Assembly (NCBI GenBank): GCA_964016885.1
Contig: CAXHJY010000462.1
Span: 164,963-228,962, forward strand
Reading direction: 5' to 3'
Source of the DNA: Eledone cirrhosa
Taxonomy: Eukaryota
DNA: 64,000 nucleotides
Shown: piece after piece, positions 1-14,249 of the stretch
Layout: every line of letters begins with the position of its first letter
How positions within the stretch are numbered: the stretch's first letter is position 1
Notes under the pieces: model-generated
Databases searched by the model: none
The model's input: only the letters and a program-made list of their open reading frames with translations
What the model was told of the DNA's origin: nothing
Program-made: the position numbers and the translations under genes

Positions 1-271
1 CTAATAAGCTAGAAACTAGTTCATCGTTCCTTTGTCAGTGATGACCAAAAGGGCAACGATGGTTGCAGAACACTGTACGGCTTAATTGGGGCTCTCTGTT
101 TACAAACAAACCGAACGTTATAATAAATGTTCGGTAAACCCATATGTACATATATATATATATATGTGCATGTATGTATCTATATACATACTACTGTACT
201 ATGTGTTCATGTATGTATGTATATACATACTACTGTACGTCTGTATACATATATGTATGTACGTATACATA

Positions 272-275
<4 letters not shown>
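1..275 (+). mobile_element. Dispersed, diverged copy of HHR-bearing repeat family A, truncated by the window edge and ending in (TA)n
   Basis: Bases 1-28 ctaataagcta-GAAA-ctagT-T-catcgtt match the 3' half of the HHR in the 29002-29982 array. Downstream sequence aligns with 41256-41480 and with the array unit. Confidence 0.75.
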
Positions 276-556
<281 letters not shown>

Positions 557-574
557 GATGTCAACATGAATATA

Positions 575-765
575 CCTTTTATTTTTATCTAAAGACATTT
601 TTTCCAATACCATACCGTCCATCTCTTATTTCTCATTCTTTCTTCTGATGAAGGACTAGCGTCTGAAACGTTATGACCTTCTTCCTGCTCTTTCAAGCGT
701 CAACCTAATATATCCCTTCCATATGCAGTACCGATTGTGTTATTATTTCTGTTTACCTTTTACAT
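575..765 (+). mobile_element. Short non-coding element, family C, with a minimal HHR motif (PLE pLTR-like)
   Basis: Aligns with 39628-39830. Contains tctt-CTGATGA-aggactagcgtct-GAAA-cg-T-T at 641-676. Confidence 0.7.
641..676 (+). ncRNA. Minimal type I hammerhead ribozyme motif with a stem I mismatch
   Basis: CUGAUGA core, stem II ggac/gtct, GAAA, palindromic ACGU stem III and GUU site. Stem I tctt/atga is imperfect. Confidence 0.5.
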
Positions 766-1004
766 ACATACATACATACATATGCAGTATCCCTCTAACA
801 AATTCCATTCATAAGTTATTGGTCGACCTGAGGCTATAGCAGAGGATCCATGCTGAAGTTAGCGCGGGTGTTCACTGTACCCATGACTGCTATATATGTC
901 TGTATGACATTTTAATTTTTTTTTTTATTTCAGTAATGCAGTATGCACACTTCATGAAAACGACTGTTTTCCTACGTAAGACGAATGACTGAATTGGGAG
1001 GAAG

Positions 1005-1285
1005 TTCGCTCAGCACTGATTAAGTATAGGATTCAAACCCTCGGCATGGCTACTTGGACAAGTGCCTTGTGAGTTAAATTAGTTTAATGGAAATTTTGCG
1101 GATGCTCGTCTGACGGACTGTAACTGTAATTCAAAGAGACAGAATGTCACAAAATATGGCCTGTTAAATTCCTCTGATAACAATGTTATCGTTACCCGTG
1201 TGTGGGGAATGTGTAGTCATGTCACATTAATTTCTTGAGTAGGTTGCTTCATTGATCAAACAACCGGAACGCTCATCGTCGAAAC
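1005..1285 (+). mobile_element. Degenerate tRNA-derived SINE (second family)
   Basis: B-box-like ggattcaaaccc followed by cttggacaagtgcc. Similar segments occur at 5880-6070 (-), 10600-10800 (-), 43105-43330 (+) and 60620-60950 (+). Confidence 0.45.
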
Positions 1286-2940
1286 CGACATATTTTCATT
1301 TCTGTTAAAATATGTAAGAATATAAGACTGTGTTTGTGTGCAATAACTTTGTCGTTCAACGCCACACCCACTCGCTAATATCATCTTTATGTAATTATCA
1401 TGTGTAAGATGGTTCGAGATAATGTAAATATATGGCACTTTTTTATAAATCTGATTTTTGCTGCTGCATATAGCAGATAACACGTAGTTTATATATTGAT
1501 TTCTTACACAGAGATCAAAGACATGTCAAACAATGTTTCATCTAAAGTTTTGTAGTCTGTGTACGTAAAATTGGTATGTTAAGCAAAAGTTTTCCTTTGA
1601 TAAATATGTGCCCAGAGAATGAATACGTGCAATTATTAATAATTAATTACTACATTATTCTAAGCAATAAAACCTTTGTCTACACACTAGATTACTGTGA
1701 TAACATTAATTTTCTTTTTATACTATGGCTACAGAGCATGTGCTCAGACTAGGATGGGTTGAAGCAGCTCCAGTAATTGCACTCGCATCATCGTCAATAG
1801 AGGTCACCAGCCATGCTCAACAGACACAGGCGTACGAAGTTTACACATTATGTTTTGAGCCAGCTCCATTAATTGCACTCAAAGCATCGTTAATATAGGT
1901 CAGCACCCATCACGAAAGTCAAAGACAAGACGGAGGGTTGAACCAGCTCTGCATTCACACAAGATGGGTGGATCCGACTCCAACCAGTGAATCAACAGCA
2001 TCAGTAACAATGACTAGTCACAATTGTCAGCTAGTCACAATTCCCACGGCGGACACTCAAGATATGTTGAGCAAGCTACAGCCACTGAATCCATAGAATA
2101 TCGAATTGAAGCCGCCCATGCACGGTGATTATAAATGTCCGATAAAGGTTTTATCTGCCAATCACGATTCCAATATATATATATTAGGTAGTAACATGTG
2201 CTTACGCCGTATTGGACTAAATAGAATCAGTCTGTTAGTTGATATTTTAAAAATCCCTCTGAATGAATAAAACGATGTGTATTGACGCACATGAGACACG
2301 AACACACATCTTGGGTTTGTCGAACCAATGTGTTATCATTAAGCTTGTATGATCAGCAAGCCCTTCAAGGATCTAGTGATATTTGCAGGGTGTGTAAAAT
2401 AGGTTACTACTCTTGGTAATGCTTTGGTAGAATTTATTGTAGTAGTAAGCTGAGCTGCTGGAGAAAGTGGGACGGGTGTCAGAGATGGTAAGTGCATCTG
2501 AACAGGCAATGGTTAAGAGAACGAAGTAGTGAAGGTTGGTGTATGAGTGGTTAGTCGATAGGAGTGGGATATGAGGAGTAGGACGGAATGTTTATAGGAA
2601 TACTAGTAAGACTATATATAGACAGGACTTATAGTTTGAAGGAGTACTTTATTGAAAAGAATAAAATAAAAAGTGAGTTTTATAGAAGTAAATGAGTAAG
2701 TGCTTAAATAAATATTATTTCATTTCTAAGTTTGTAACTATTAATGTGTGTGTGCGGTGCGGTAATTAAATATACACATATACTCCAGGTCCGAACTCGA
2801 AGGAACGAAACTCCCACTGTCACTGCCTCTCCTACTTAAAAACACCAAACATAGCACAGAGTATCGTTGCATCTAACAGGACCAAATGCAACCGACACAT
2901 ATCCTGCAGTCAACAAACATCCAACTCGACAATAGAACAA

Positions 2941-3260
2941 AACTGCAATTGCAGCTACCGGGAGGAGTGCACCCAGGAATCCAAAGGGCTGAAACCCAAT
3001 TTAGTATAGCACGCAGAGAGGATCATACATAGGTATGACTCCTAGCAGATTCATCTCCCGATTCACGAGGCACAAATAGTACTTCTACCTAGGGCGAAAA
3101 CATATCACAAGTCTCGGCAGACCACCTCTGGCAATTAGGTGAAAACAGAGTATCCTACCAAATACGCATGTCCACCATCATCAGGGTCGTACACTACAAA
3201 GGAAGAAGTTTTTGCAATTTGATAAAAAATCTGAACTGGTCACCAAATATATGCACCGAA
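2941..3260 (+). pseudogene. Penelope-like element GIY-YIG endonuclease remnant with frameshifts and stops
   Basis: Manual translation gives NCNCSYREEC..NLV*HA, then YIGMTPSRFISRFTRHK, then ADHLWQL..YQI. This matches the PLE CNC..C / VY.A / YIG.T..F..R...H / IW.LK motif series. Confidence 0.7.
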
Positions 3261-4808
3261 TACAAAAATCATACATATACCTCAAACTAACACATAATTC
3301 TGGAAGCTAATAATACACACCTACCAAACGCCGGAACGCCGAACTACCCGGCATTTAATCCCAAGCAATGATCTGCACTTCGAATTGGTTCCACCTTACA
3401 TTCTTGCACAACCACGCACACGTTTCCCGGAAACCACATGCAGAGACCCCGGGTCCACACCCCACTCTCCCTCTCCTCAACTATCGAAGTTCGCCTACAA
3501 TAAGCCATCGACCAACCACTACAACACACCACGTAAGATTCCTTTTACATACTAAACTTCCCATGTGTATACGTATAGATAGTTTTATCACCTCCCCTTC
3601 GCTGGTTTTGTATCAGTGTATGAATGTAACACGTACATATGTTTGCGCATGTGTATGACACACGTAGGCGTTTGTGTGCACACAATTTTACCACCTCCTC
3701 TCCTCATATGGACATGCAGCATGGACTTGTGTGAATGGTTGTGGGGCTGTGCGTAAATGTGCTTCCATATATATGTGTGTGTGTATATGTGTGTGTGTGT
3801 TTGTAAACATGTATGTAAATAATTGTGTACACACACATATGTGAATGTCCTTATATTTGTGTGTGTATGTATGTGTATGTGTGCATACGGGTATATATCT
3901 GTACATGTATGAATGTGCTTGTGTGTACATACTTTTTCTACTCGTCTATCCACCTAGTGTATGTAATTTACATACTTTACCCATACAAGTATTCACCTAC
4001 TCATTTGTTTTCTCTCTACGTTTTACTTCAACCCATTATTTCCATTAGAATTACAATTGCTTTACTTACGCACGCTTTTCTATTTCAAGCTTTATAAAAC
4101 TCCCCAGTATACATGCCGGCGCTGTAAACATTATCTGTGCATATATATATAATACACACACTTTAAACTTTTCAATTTTCCTTCAGCTTATTTCATTTTA
4201 TTTCATCCTATTCACTCATCTACTTATTAATTTATTGAAGTTATTACTCATCTAATTACTAATTTATTGAAGCATTTACTCATTTACTTCTATAAAACCC
4301 ACGTTTTATTTTATACCTTTCTTAAAAATACTCCTTCAAACTCTAACCCTGTATATACATAGTCTTACCTTCATCCCTTCCACCCCCTATTCCTATGACC
4401 ATCATACTACTTTTTCTCCTACTCCACACCTACCAACTAAATACACCTAGCCCCACCCACATTAATTCCTTCTCCTGACCTCTTGGATGTCCAAATATAC
4501 TTGCCATTCTCCGGCCCCTCACTTTCTTCATCAGCCCAAGTTACTACTACCATAAATTCCACGAAAGCACTAACAAGACTAGTAACATAGTTTTACACAC
4601 CTTGCAAATACTACTACAACCACGAGGAGGCTTGATGAACACACAAGAGGAAACCGCTAGGAGACTCGGTCCCTATTTTATACATCTCTATAACCACTTT
4701 GCATCTCCCCATGCATTGAGTACTCCCATGATGAGTGGTCTCCCCTGTCTCAGCACCTCATATATATATATAAATCTCTCTCTCCCTGCCTCTATCTCTC
4801 TCTTCATC

Positions 4809-4874
<66 letters not shown>

Positions 4875-6914
4875 GAGAGAGAGATATATATAAAGTGCGT
4901 ACACATACGAACACATACATAAGACACAAAAGTGTGTATATATGTGTATATGTATGTATGCATGTATGTATGTATTTCTGTGCGCATATACGTTTGAATG
5001 TATGTATGCACTCAGCTCATACTTCTGGGATTCATTTACTTCATAGTGTAGAATTCGACATAAAATCTAAATTCAACAAAAATGATTTATTTCCTCTACC
5101 CACTGAAATAAATATATAATGAGAATAAAATTGCATTGTACTTTTCTGTTATTTCTGTAGATTTGAGTAAATAACAAAATATTACATATTTTTCTTCATA
5201 AACTTAACACTGTTTCTTTCGCATTGTTTCTTTCTTTCTTTTCATCCATCTTCTTAATTTAAAGGTAGCTTGATTTTTTCCTGGTGGAATGATAATGGCA
5301 AAATTAAATTTATATATATTTCTAATCCGACTGAAAATCATTTTTTTAACACGAATCGAAAATGTACGATTGTTACCAAAGATTACTAATACATGAAAAT
5401 ATATGTTAAAATTGACTGCTTACAATTTTTTTTACAATTTTTTAAAGCATGTATTTCCACTTCACTTTTCTCAAACTGACTAAAATGTAATCTCTTTCTT
5501 AGTTTAGCCTGTGAATATTTAATATTAAAGTAGCGTTTAAAAAATAGAATTTTCATGGGCAGATTGATAATCGAGTACTGTCGAGAATGTATTGGACCTA
5601 AGGCTAAAGAAAAAGTATTTCTATATATAGTAGAGTTCAATGGCTCTTGAACTTCCTCACATTTAACCCACTGATTCTTGCACTTTTGAAGTACGTCTGG
5701 GATGTTTCTTCCGGTGTAGCTCTCAGTTACACCTTCGTAGTTCGTATGATTCCCTCCAAGATCTCAAAGCAGGAGAATTTTAATCATATACTTAATTTGT
5801 GAACAACCAGAAGAGAAAAGAATCCATGTATGTCGAGGAAGGATTTTGGAGAATGAATAAAATGCCTTTCTTTACCAAGAATCGTTGTATCATCTGACGC
5901 TGCGTGTTAATTGAGACCCACAGATCTGCTCTGTTTTTCCGAAATACTCCACGAATTACAGGTACAATGCATTTTTGCCAGCTAATTGGACTCGAGTTCG
6001 TGAAGTGAAATAAAGTATCTTTCCCAAGGGCACAACGCACGGCAGGAATGCAATCGTAAATGCAACGTCATAGAAGGTCTCGTGAGAATTTTAAAACCTA
6101 ACAGATCAAAATCCTCTCCATATCTGAACACAGCTCTTTTTTCCATGACCAGAGAGGACAGAGAGAGTGGGACAGAAAGGGAGGTGAGTGAAAAAGAGAG
6201 AGAAAGAGGAATCGCTGCCAGTAATAGGCCGGTATTTATTTGAATTTAAATAATATTCGCCTCGACAAGATTTGATGTCCGAGTGAAAAGCATTTCATCC
6301 AACTATGTAACAACTCAACACCTAGCAACTAATGCAATAATCAACAACGAAACAAGAAAAACATTAAAGAAAACCAATAGGGTGTCCTTTCTGCTATAGC
6401 GATCTGAAATCCATCTGTAATCTGTTCAGTGCTGCTAGCTGATTCCGGGGAAATTCCACGGTTTAATCAGAAACAACCCCCAAGTATTAAAGCTCAATAT
6501 GACATGTTATATCTTTCAGTTATTAGTTATATATAATATATTCTCATGTACTATAATGTTCGAGATTTAAAGAAATAATTTGCACACACACACTGTTGCT
6601 ACTCCCTTTCCAGAAAGGCTTGTTATATTGTGGAGTTTATAGAAATTACATCCACCTCTCTCTCTCTCTACATATCCCTCTATGACACACACAAACACGA
6701 CGCCGCCACCGCCAGCAAAACAACCACATTTCGAGTCTGACCAAAGTTTTACATGACATATACAACAGCTTAATATAATAGATGACAAAGTCTCAATACG
6801 CACCACATCTTCAAACAAGCAACACCAGTATCATCACAATAACAACCACGTTTACCGTCAACACTATCAATAAAATCACCACCATAATTACCACCAGCAC
6901 CACTATCGCATCAC

Positions 6915-7770
6915 CTCAATCAACACCATCAGTACCATCCCCCATCAACATCATCACCACTATCATTACTCCCACTATCCCCCCCATCCACAACACCATC
7001 AGTACCATCCCCCATCAACATCATCACCACTATCACTACTACCACTATCCCCCCCATCCACAACACCATCAGTACCACCCCCAACAACATCATCACCACT
7101 ATCACTACTACCACTATCCCCCCCATCACAACACCATCAGTACCATCCCCCATCAACACCATCACCAGTATCACTACTCCCACTACCTCCCCCCATCCAC
7201 AACACCATCAGTACCACCCCATCAACATCATCACCACTATCACTACTACCACTATCCCCCCCCCATCCACAACACCATCAGTACCATCCCCATCAACATC
7301 ATCACCACTATCACTACTACCACTATCCCCCCCCCCCATCCACAACACCATCAGTACCATCCCCCATCAACATCATCACCACTATCACTACTCCCACTAT
7401 CCCCCCCATCCACAACACCATCAGTACCATCCCCATCAACATCATCACCACTATCACTACTACCACTATCCCCCCCCCCATCCACAACACCATCAGTACC
7501 ACCCCATCAACATCATCACCACTATCACTACTACCACTATCCCCCCCCCCATCCACAACACCATCAGTACCACCCCATCAACACCATCACCAGTATCACT
7601 ACTACCACTATCCCCCCATCCACAACACCATCAGTGCCATCCCCATCAACACCATCACCGCTATCACTACTCCCACTATCCCCATCCACAACACCATCAG
7701 TGCCATCCCCATCAACACCATCACCGCTATCACTACTCCCACTATCCCCATCCACAACCCCCAACACTAC
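6915..7770. repeat. C-rich minisatellite, about 70-bp unit, about 12 copies
   Basis: acaccatcagtacc..ccatcaacatcatcaccactatcactactaccactatcccccc recurs at about 70-bp spacing (6923, 6993, 7063, 7131, 7202 ... 7692). Confidence 0.9.
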
Positions 7771-8321
7771 CATTACTAAAACCCAAGAGCACCAACACTG
7801 CCCCCTAACACACCCACCCACCCACCACAGCCGCATCTTATATGTTAACGACTATCATACAAAAATTACAATAACAAAACAACACTACCGCTAATCCCTC
7901 TACAACCACCATCACCACACCACCATTACTACACCCCCAACGCTACCAGCATTACCACCATCCACCACCGCAGCACCGCCACTGCCACTACCACCACCAC
8001 CTATAGGCTAACGACCATCACTCCAAGCATTAGAATAACACAACAACCTGTCACCTCGTTATGCATATAATCCTGTAGGTGAGGAAGGGGAAACAAGATT
8101 GGTTGTTATGTTACAGCAACCAGCTGCACCATACAAACATTACACACACAGATGCTCCCACATACACACACACACAAACACATACACATACACGGGAACA
8201 CATACTGACACAAATAAACACACACAAACAAAACACATGCACAAACACACACGCGCGTACACATACAGACACAAACAATCACACACACATACACACATAC
8301 ACACACATTCTCACACACACA

Positions 8322-8374
<53 letters not shown>

Positions 8375-9504
8375 AGACACGCCTGCAGAATCGCATAAAA
8401 GAAACACCCCCACCCAATACATACACACGAGATACATGCATACTAATATATAAAGAACCCAACAAATGCTGAAAAAAACGGTGTCAGGCAGCTAGAATGC
8501 GCTGGGTCAGATAACAAGAGGGATCAATGCTCGAGTTGTATTGCACACACCACTCGGCAGGTGTAGGATAATTGGCAACACACACGTCTTATCGACTTTG
8601 TATTGGATTACTACACCTGTCTCTAAATATATTTGGCTCTCAAGGATCTTGCTTGTATGTGACTCTGTGCGTGCGTATGTTTGGCGTATGAGTTTGTGTG
8701 GCTTGTATGTGTATGTGCGTTTTGACAACTGTGTGAATATATGATGTGGTGTGTGTGTGCGTATGTGTGAATGTTAGGGTTGATCACTGTGGGAGAGTGT
8801 CAAATATGATTGACTATGTGTAATTTTCTGTATTTGTGAGGGTTGATGACTGTGTGTATGAGTGTATTTATGTCTGCTTGTGTGTCCTTGTGTGTAATTA
8901 TAAGGTTTAGAGACTGTAATAGCGTGTGGATCGCGTGTGTGGAGAGAAAGGAATGTATGTGTGGTGTGTATATGAGAATCAGGAGTGTATGTATGTGTGT
9001 ATTGATGACTATGTGAAAGTGTGGAGTATGTGTGTGCGTGTGTGATTCGATGTGTGTGAGTGAGTGAAGTGTTCATATGATGGTTGATGAGTGTGTGAGA
9101 ATATTGGCGTGTAGTGAATATGAGAGTACGTGGAATGTGAGGTGGGTGAGTGTGTAGTTCTGTGTATACAAGGGTGTAATGATAACTGTTTGTGTGAGAA
9201 TGTGGCATGTGTGTATACGTGAGGAGATGACTGTGTGAGAGTGTGACGTGGTAAGGAGTGTGTGTGTTTGCCTGTTAATAGTGTATGATGAGGTGATTCT
9301 ATGAGAATGTGACGTGTGTGTCTGACATGTGTGTTTGAAATATGGGTGTGAAATATGTGTGTGAAATGTGTGTATGAGAATGCGAGGTGTGTGTATGAAG
9401 TGTGTGTGTGTGTGTGAGCGTGTGTATATATACATAGATAGGTAAATAGACAGAGAAACATAGACAGACATAGAGTCATAGAGACAATCTCGAAGATATA
9501 GCTA

Positions 9505-9549
9505 TAGATAGATAGACAGATAGATAGTTAGTTAGGTAGATAGATAGAC

Positions 9550-9622
<73 letters not shown>
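9505..9622. repeat. (GATA)n tetranucleotide microsatellite
   Basis: Direct inspection. Confidence 0.9.
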
Positions 9623-11016
9623 CACAAACCAACAGGCATGTATATATATACATCATACTTACCTTTTACATATCTATCTATCTGCCTTTCTCAATCTCTC
9701 TCTCTCTCTGTTTACACACACACACATACACACACACACATATATATATATATATGTAAACAGAGAGAGAGAGAGAGGCAGGTAGATAGATATGTAAAAG
9801 GTAAGTATGATGTAGGTAGATAAGTGTAATAGACAGTAAAGTAAGTTAAGTGATAGATTCAGGAGTAGATAGATTGTGTAAGATGACAACATTGCGTAAT
9901 ACAATTGTAAATTAAATTAAAATAAGTAGATTAAATTAAGTAAATTGAATTAATTAACAAGTAACATAGCTTCACCTATTTACTTAAATTTACTTCACTA
10001 TAGTATTGTATAATTCTGTCATATTTCTCTATCTGTCTTTGAATAGTGATTGCAATTATGGCTGAAAGTATAGCCTAGTGGTTACGGTATTTAACTCAGT
10101 TTTGTTCGCTGGTTTTCATGATAGGCAGCTGGCCTCTATTATTAAACTACCCAATAAATCTTTGAGACACAACCTCATTTGAAGTAAATTTAAATTACAT
10201 GTCTGAGCTGTAAATGACATGGCTTATTGTTTAATAATTATTTATAGAGTAAGTTAAATAATATGAGCGATGCAAAGAAGAGAGAAATGGGAGAAGAAAT
10301 AATACGACTTCATACATACACAGCAAAAACATATTAGAGTTCAGGAACTACTTATTGAGTCGTAGGGGGCGCCGTCCTTACATGACGCCTTTGACATTTT
10401 ATACCATATGGTGTCAATCCCTCTTAGTCGATTTCATACAGAGAAAGTGATGGAAATGTAGAGAAAATACTAAAATATTGGATACACGAAGAATCCTTTA
10501 TTTATCAACCTCAGCAGAATTAGAAGAAATGTTACCTTCGCCAAGAATGGCACTTTGATCACAGTAAACCGAAACAAATATAATGTGAATATTCAAGGAT
10601 GATAGAATGGAATGGACCTGCCTCTGTTTCGACGATGAGTTTTCCAGTTGATTCGGTCAATGGAACACCCAGCTCCTGAAATTAACGTGTAGTAGACTGA
10701 GCATTTCTTGGACATGTATACCCTTAAGGTAATTTTCGTGAAAGTTCAGCGTGAAAGTAAATGACTAGATTTGCCCCTTTAAATTATATTTACTATCTAG
10801 GCGAAAGGTGGGTGACGTTTTCTATCTACACAACATAATTGACAAGGCATTGGTCAACATGAGGCTATGATAACTGGCAATTGTCCAAGATATCAGGCAG
10901 TGGGATGTGGAATCTAATGATTGCAAAGGGAACCTCTTAAGCATTCTACCATGCTGAGTCTTGAGTGTTACAGAGAATAAGAGAGGGCTATGATATTGAC
11001 AGAAGAAGAAGAAAGT

Positions 11017-11203
11017 AATTGTTTCTATTGTTGTCACATGCCCATCAAATACCCCAGTGCATTACTGGTGCTTTATTTTATCGACCCCATAAGGATGACA
11101 GGCAAAGTTAACCTCGGCGGTATTTGAACTAAGAAGATCGTAGAGGGCTGTAACTCTATGCTGCAAAGCATGGTGTCTGACGCTCTATTGATACTGCCAA
11201 TCC
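11017..11203 (-). mobile_element. tRNA-derived SINE (octopod-type, main family)
   Basis: Minus strand reads tggcagtatc (A-box-like) ... agttcaaataccgccgaggttaactttgcc..tcatccttatggggtcgataaaataaag. Many copies in the window. Confidence 0.8.
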
Positions 11204-11257
11204 AGAGTGAAATAATATGAGTGCACAGATGTGACAGAATTGGTGAAAGGGATATAG

Positions 11258-11360
11258 AAAGAAGAAGAAGAAGAAGAAGAAGAAGAAGAAGAAGAAGAAG
11301 AAGAAGAAGAAGAAGAAGAAGAAGAAGAAGAAGAAGAAGAAGAAGAAGAAGAAGAAGAAG
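11258..11360. repeat. (GAA)n trinucleotide repeat
   Basis: Direct inspection. Confidence 0.95.
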
Positions 11361-11763
11361 CAGGAAGAAAGAAAGAAAGAGGGCAAAGAACATAATACCT
11401 ACAGACAGAATGAAATTATATGAGGGCCCAGGTGTGATAGAGTTGAGGAGGATGGATATAGAAATGAGAGAAGAAAAGAAATACTTCACGGAGAGTAAAA
11501 GAATTCCAACAAGCAGCACATTACCTGACAACGTTTAACCGAATTTTTATATATTTTTTCACATATATATGTGCGTATGTTTTTATTTTTACCATTAGCC
11601 TAGCTGCTATTGATCCATCGTTCACTCTTTTCGACTAGGTTATTGATTATCATCAATCGATCTTACTGTCTACTACAATTTTTCCACCGAGCTATCTATC
11701 AGTATTTTTAACAATCTACCAATCTGTACACCTTATTCCTCTCTAACCGTTTCTCTCTTTATT

Positions 11764-11839
<76 letters not shown>

Positions 11840-11988
11840 ATCTTTCTTTCTCACACTCTCTCTTATACATAAATATATGTGTGTGTATATATTTACATGT
11901 ATATGTGTGTGTATATATATATATGTATATGTATATATATATACATATATATATATATAAATATATATATATATTTATATATACATAT

Positions 11989-12023
<35 letters not shown>

Positions 12024-12032
12024 AATATATAC

Positions 12033-12084
<52 letters not shown>

Positions 12085-12284
12085 ATATATATATACACAC
12101 ATAAATATATACAAATACATACATGCGCACATACTTACACACAAACAAACATATATGTGTGTGTCTTTTTACCCGACTCCCTATGCTATTTTCTCAAAAT
12201 CTTTCTCTCGTTTATCCCTTCAACCCTGCCCTCCATTACTTGCGTTTTCTCCTCTCATTCACTATTTCATTACTTATTTCGTTA

Positions 12285-12475
12285 GATTGGCAGTATCGGT
12301 AGAGGGTTCGGCGCCATGCTTTGCAGCATGGAGTTACGGGCCTTTACGATCTAAGTTCAAATCCCGCCGAGGTTAAATTTGCCTTTCATCCTTACGGGGT
12401 CGATAAAATAAAGAACCAGTAATGCACTGGGATAATTGCCGGCCTTGTGCCAAAAGTAGAAACAATTATTTATTT
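12285..12475 (+). mobile_element. tRNA-derived SINE (main family)
   Basis: attggcagtatcggtagag...agttcaaatcccgccgaggttaaatttgcctttcatcc...ggccttgtgccaaaagtagaaacaattatt. Confidence 0.85.
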
Positions 12476-12584
12476 AACTGCTACTACTACTACTACTACT
12501 ACTACTGCTGCTGCTACTACTGCTACCACTACTGCTTTTATTACTACTGCTGCTACTACTGCTACTACTACTACTAATAATAAT

Positions 12585-12767
12585 AATAATTGTTTCTAAT
12601 TTTGGCACAAGGCCAGCAATAAACCAGTACATTACTGGTACTTTATTTTATCGACCCTGTAAGGATGAAAGGCAAAGTCAACCTCGGCGGGATTTGAACT
12701 CAGATCGTAAAGGGACGTAACTATGTTGGAAAGCATGGCTTCCGACCCTCTACCGATACTGCCAATC
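12585..12767 (-). mobile_element. tRNA-derived SINE (main family), inverted relative to 12285-12475
   Basis: Reverse complement of the same consensus, with a (TAA)n tail. Confidence 0.85.
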
Positions 12768-14245
12768 AATAATAATAATGATAATCATAATAATAATAAT
12801 AATAATAATGATTTCTTTATTAACCACAAGGGTTTACATAAAGTAGACATTAAGGACAGTGCAGGACAATACAGGACGGTACAAATGGGCATTTCTGCGT
12901 GTAAAAAACAAAAACAGAGGATGTAACAAAAAAAATAACAATGAAAAATTCCCCAATAGCGGGGAGACTTCGGAGGGACATTTGTGGAGAAAGCCAATTA
13001 AAAGGCCACAGTGACCCTGACCACCAAGGCAAGTGACTTCTCCCAGTTTTCCACCTTTAATTTACAGACACATACTCAGAGTAGACCCATTCACTCGGGC
13101 CATTCTTGCTTCTCTCACCCATCTTTCAACAAAATGATGGGAAGAGAGCACTTCCCTCTCTACTCTGATTTTCCTTTTAAAATGAAATTTGAAAAAGTCA
13201 ATCAGGGCATCACCGAAGAGGTAAGTGCTCGTCTTCAGCCATTTCAAACGTGTCCACCATACTATCTCTTTCGCCATGGCCACCAGACAGATAAAAACTG
13301 CCTGCCCTTCGCGGCTAAAGGAAGAGGGCGGGGCAGTCCTCACGATGGACTCAGCTGATAGCCGGATCCGTCCTACACCCGACAGAAGGTGTTCGACATA
13401 AACCCACAAGTCAGCGATGCTCGGACACTGGACGAGTGCATGCAGGACGGTTTCGTCGCCCTGCGCGCATCTCGGACATCCCGAACTGGCAAAGCTCCTC
13501 GGTAGCACTGCCATCCCAGGGATTTCTGGAAATTGTCCATAGGCCCCGGCCCGAAAGTTCTTCGGAAGTGATTGGCTAGTTGATTTTCGTCGACACCTAG
13601 AGTTTCCCCAAGTACGTCGTTTCTCTTCCCCTCCACTAATCCTCTATAGAACGCAAAGGTGGAGTTTTCACGATCAGATTGCCCGACTGGTCGAGGACCG
13701 TGAGCGCCTGAAGACATTCCAGTCTCCAAGTGCTCCCTCTCGGTCTTCGCTTGAGCCAGGACTGCAGCTCCGTCAAAGAGACGAGCTGGGGAAAGACGCA
13801 TCTAGCAAACGGCGACCAAACCTGATCACCGTCGAGGAAGAGGTGGAGATGTCGTAGCCTGAGCGCGTGTCTGCGCATCATCACCCACGGCATGCCCAGC
13901 CCTCCACGTAGCGGGTGTTGACAGCAGATGGACCGCCTGACCATCGGAGCGCGTCCCTTCCACAAAAAGCGAAAGAGCAAACGCTCCAGTGCAGTCATGC
14001 GAGGCTTAGGACAAGGCACGACGGTCAGGCGGTAGTAGATGACGGACGCGATATACGCATTCGCCACCTCCGCTCGACCTTTCAGGGATAGCTTCCTCTC
14101 TGCCCATTTCTGGGTGAGAGAAGCCACCCTGCTCGTCCGTAATCCCGTCACAGTTTTTGTCCGTCTGGAGGTCCGGACCGAACGAGACACCTAGCAATTT
14201 AACCGGTCCGTCCGTCTAGTGCCCGACGACGCTGTTGGACGGCAT
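12765..14245 (-). mobile_element. 5'-truncated L1/Tx1-like LINE: C-terminal ORF2 (post-RT region and zinc knuckle), 3' UTR and (TTA)n tail; frameshifted
   Basis: W..RKLSLKGRAEVANAYIAS...FLWKG...GGLG motif (13636-14190) and CPRC...ETVLHALVQCP zinc knuckle (13062-13514). Same 3' UTR at 31590-31840 and 57397-57570. Confidence 0.85.
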
Positions 14246-14249
14246 GGAA

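Noticed and set aside
6782-7894. 370-aa Pro/His/Thr-rich ORF
   Set aside because: It arises from a C-rich 70-bp minisatellite whose unit is not a multiple of three, so the frame drifts between units.
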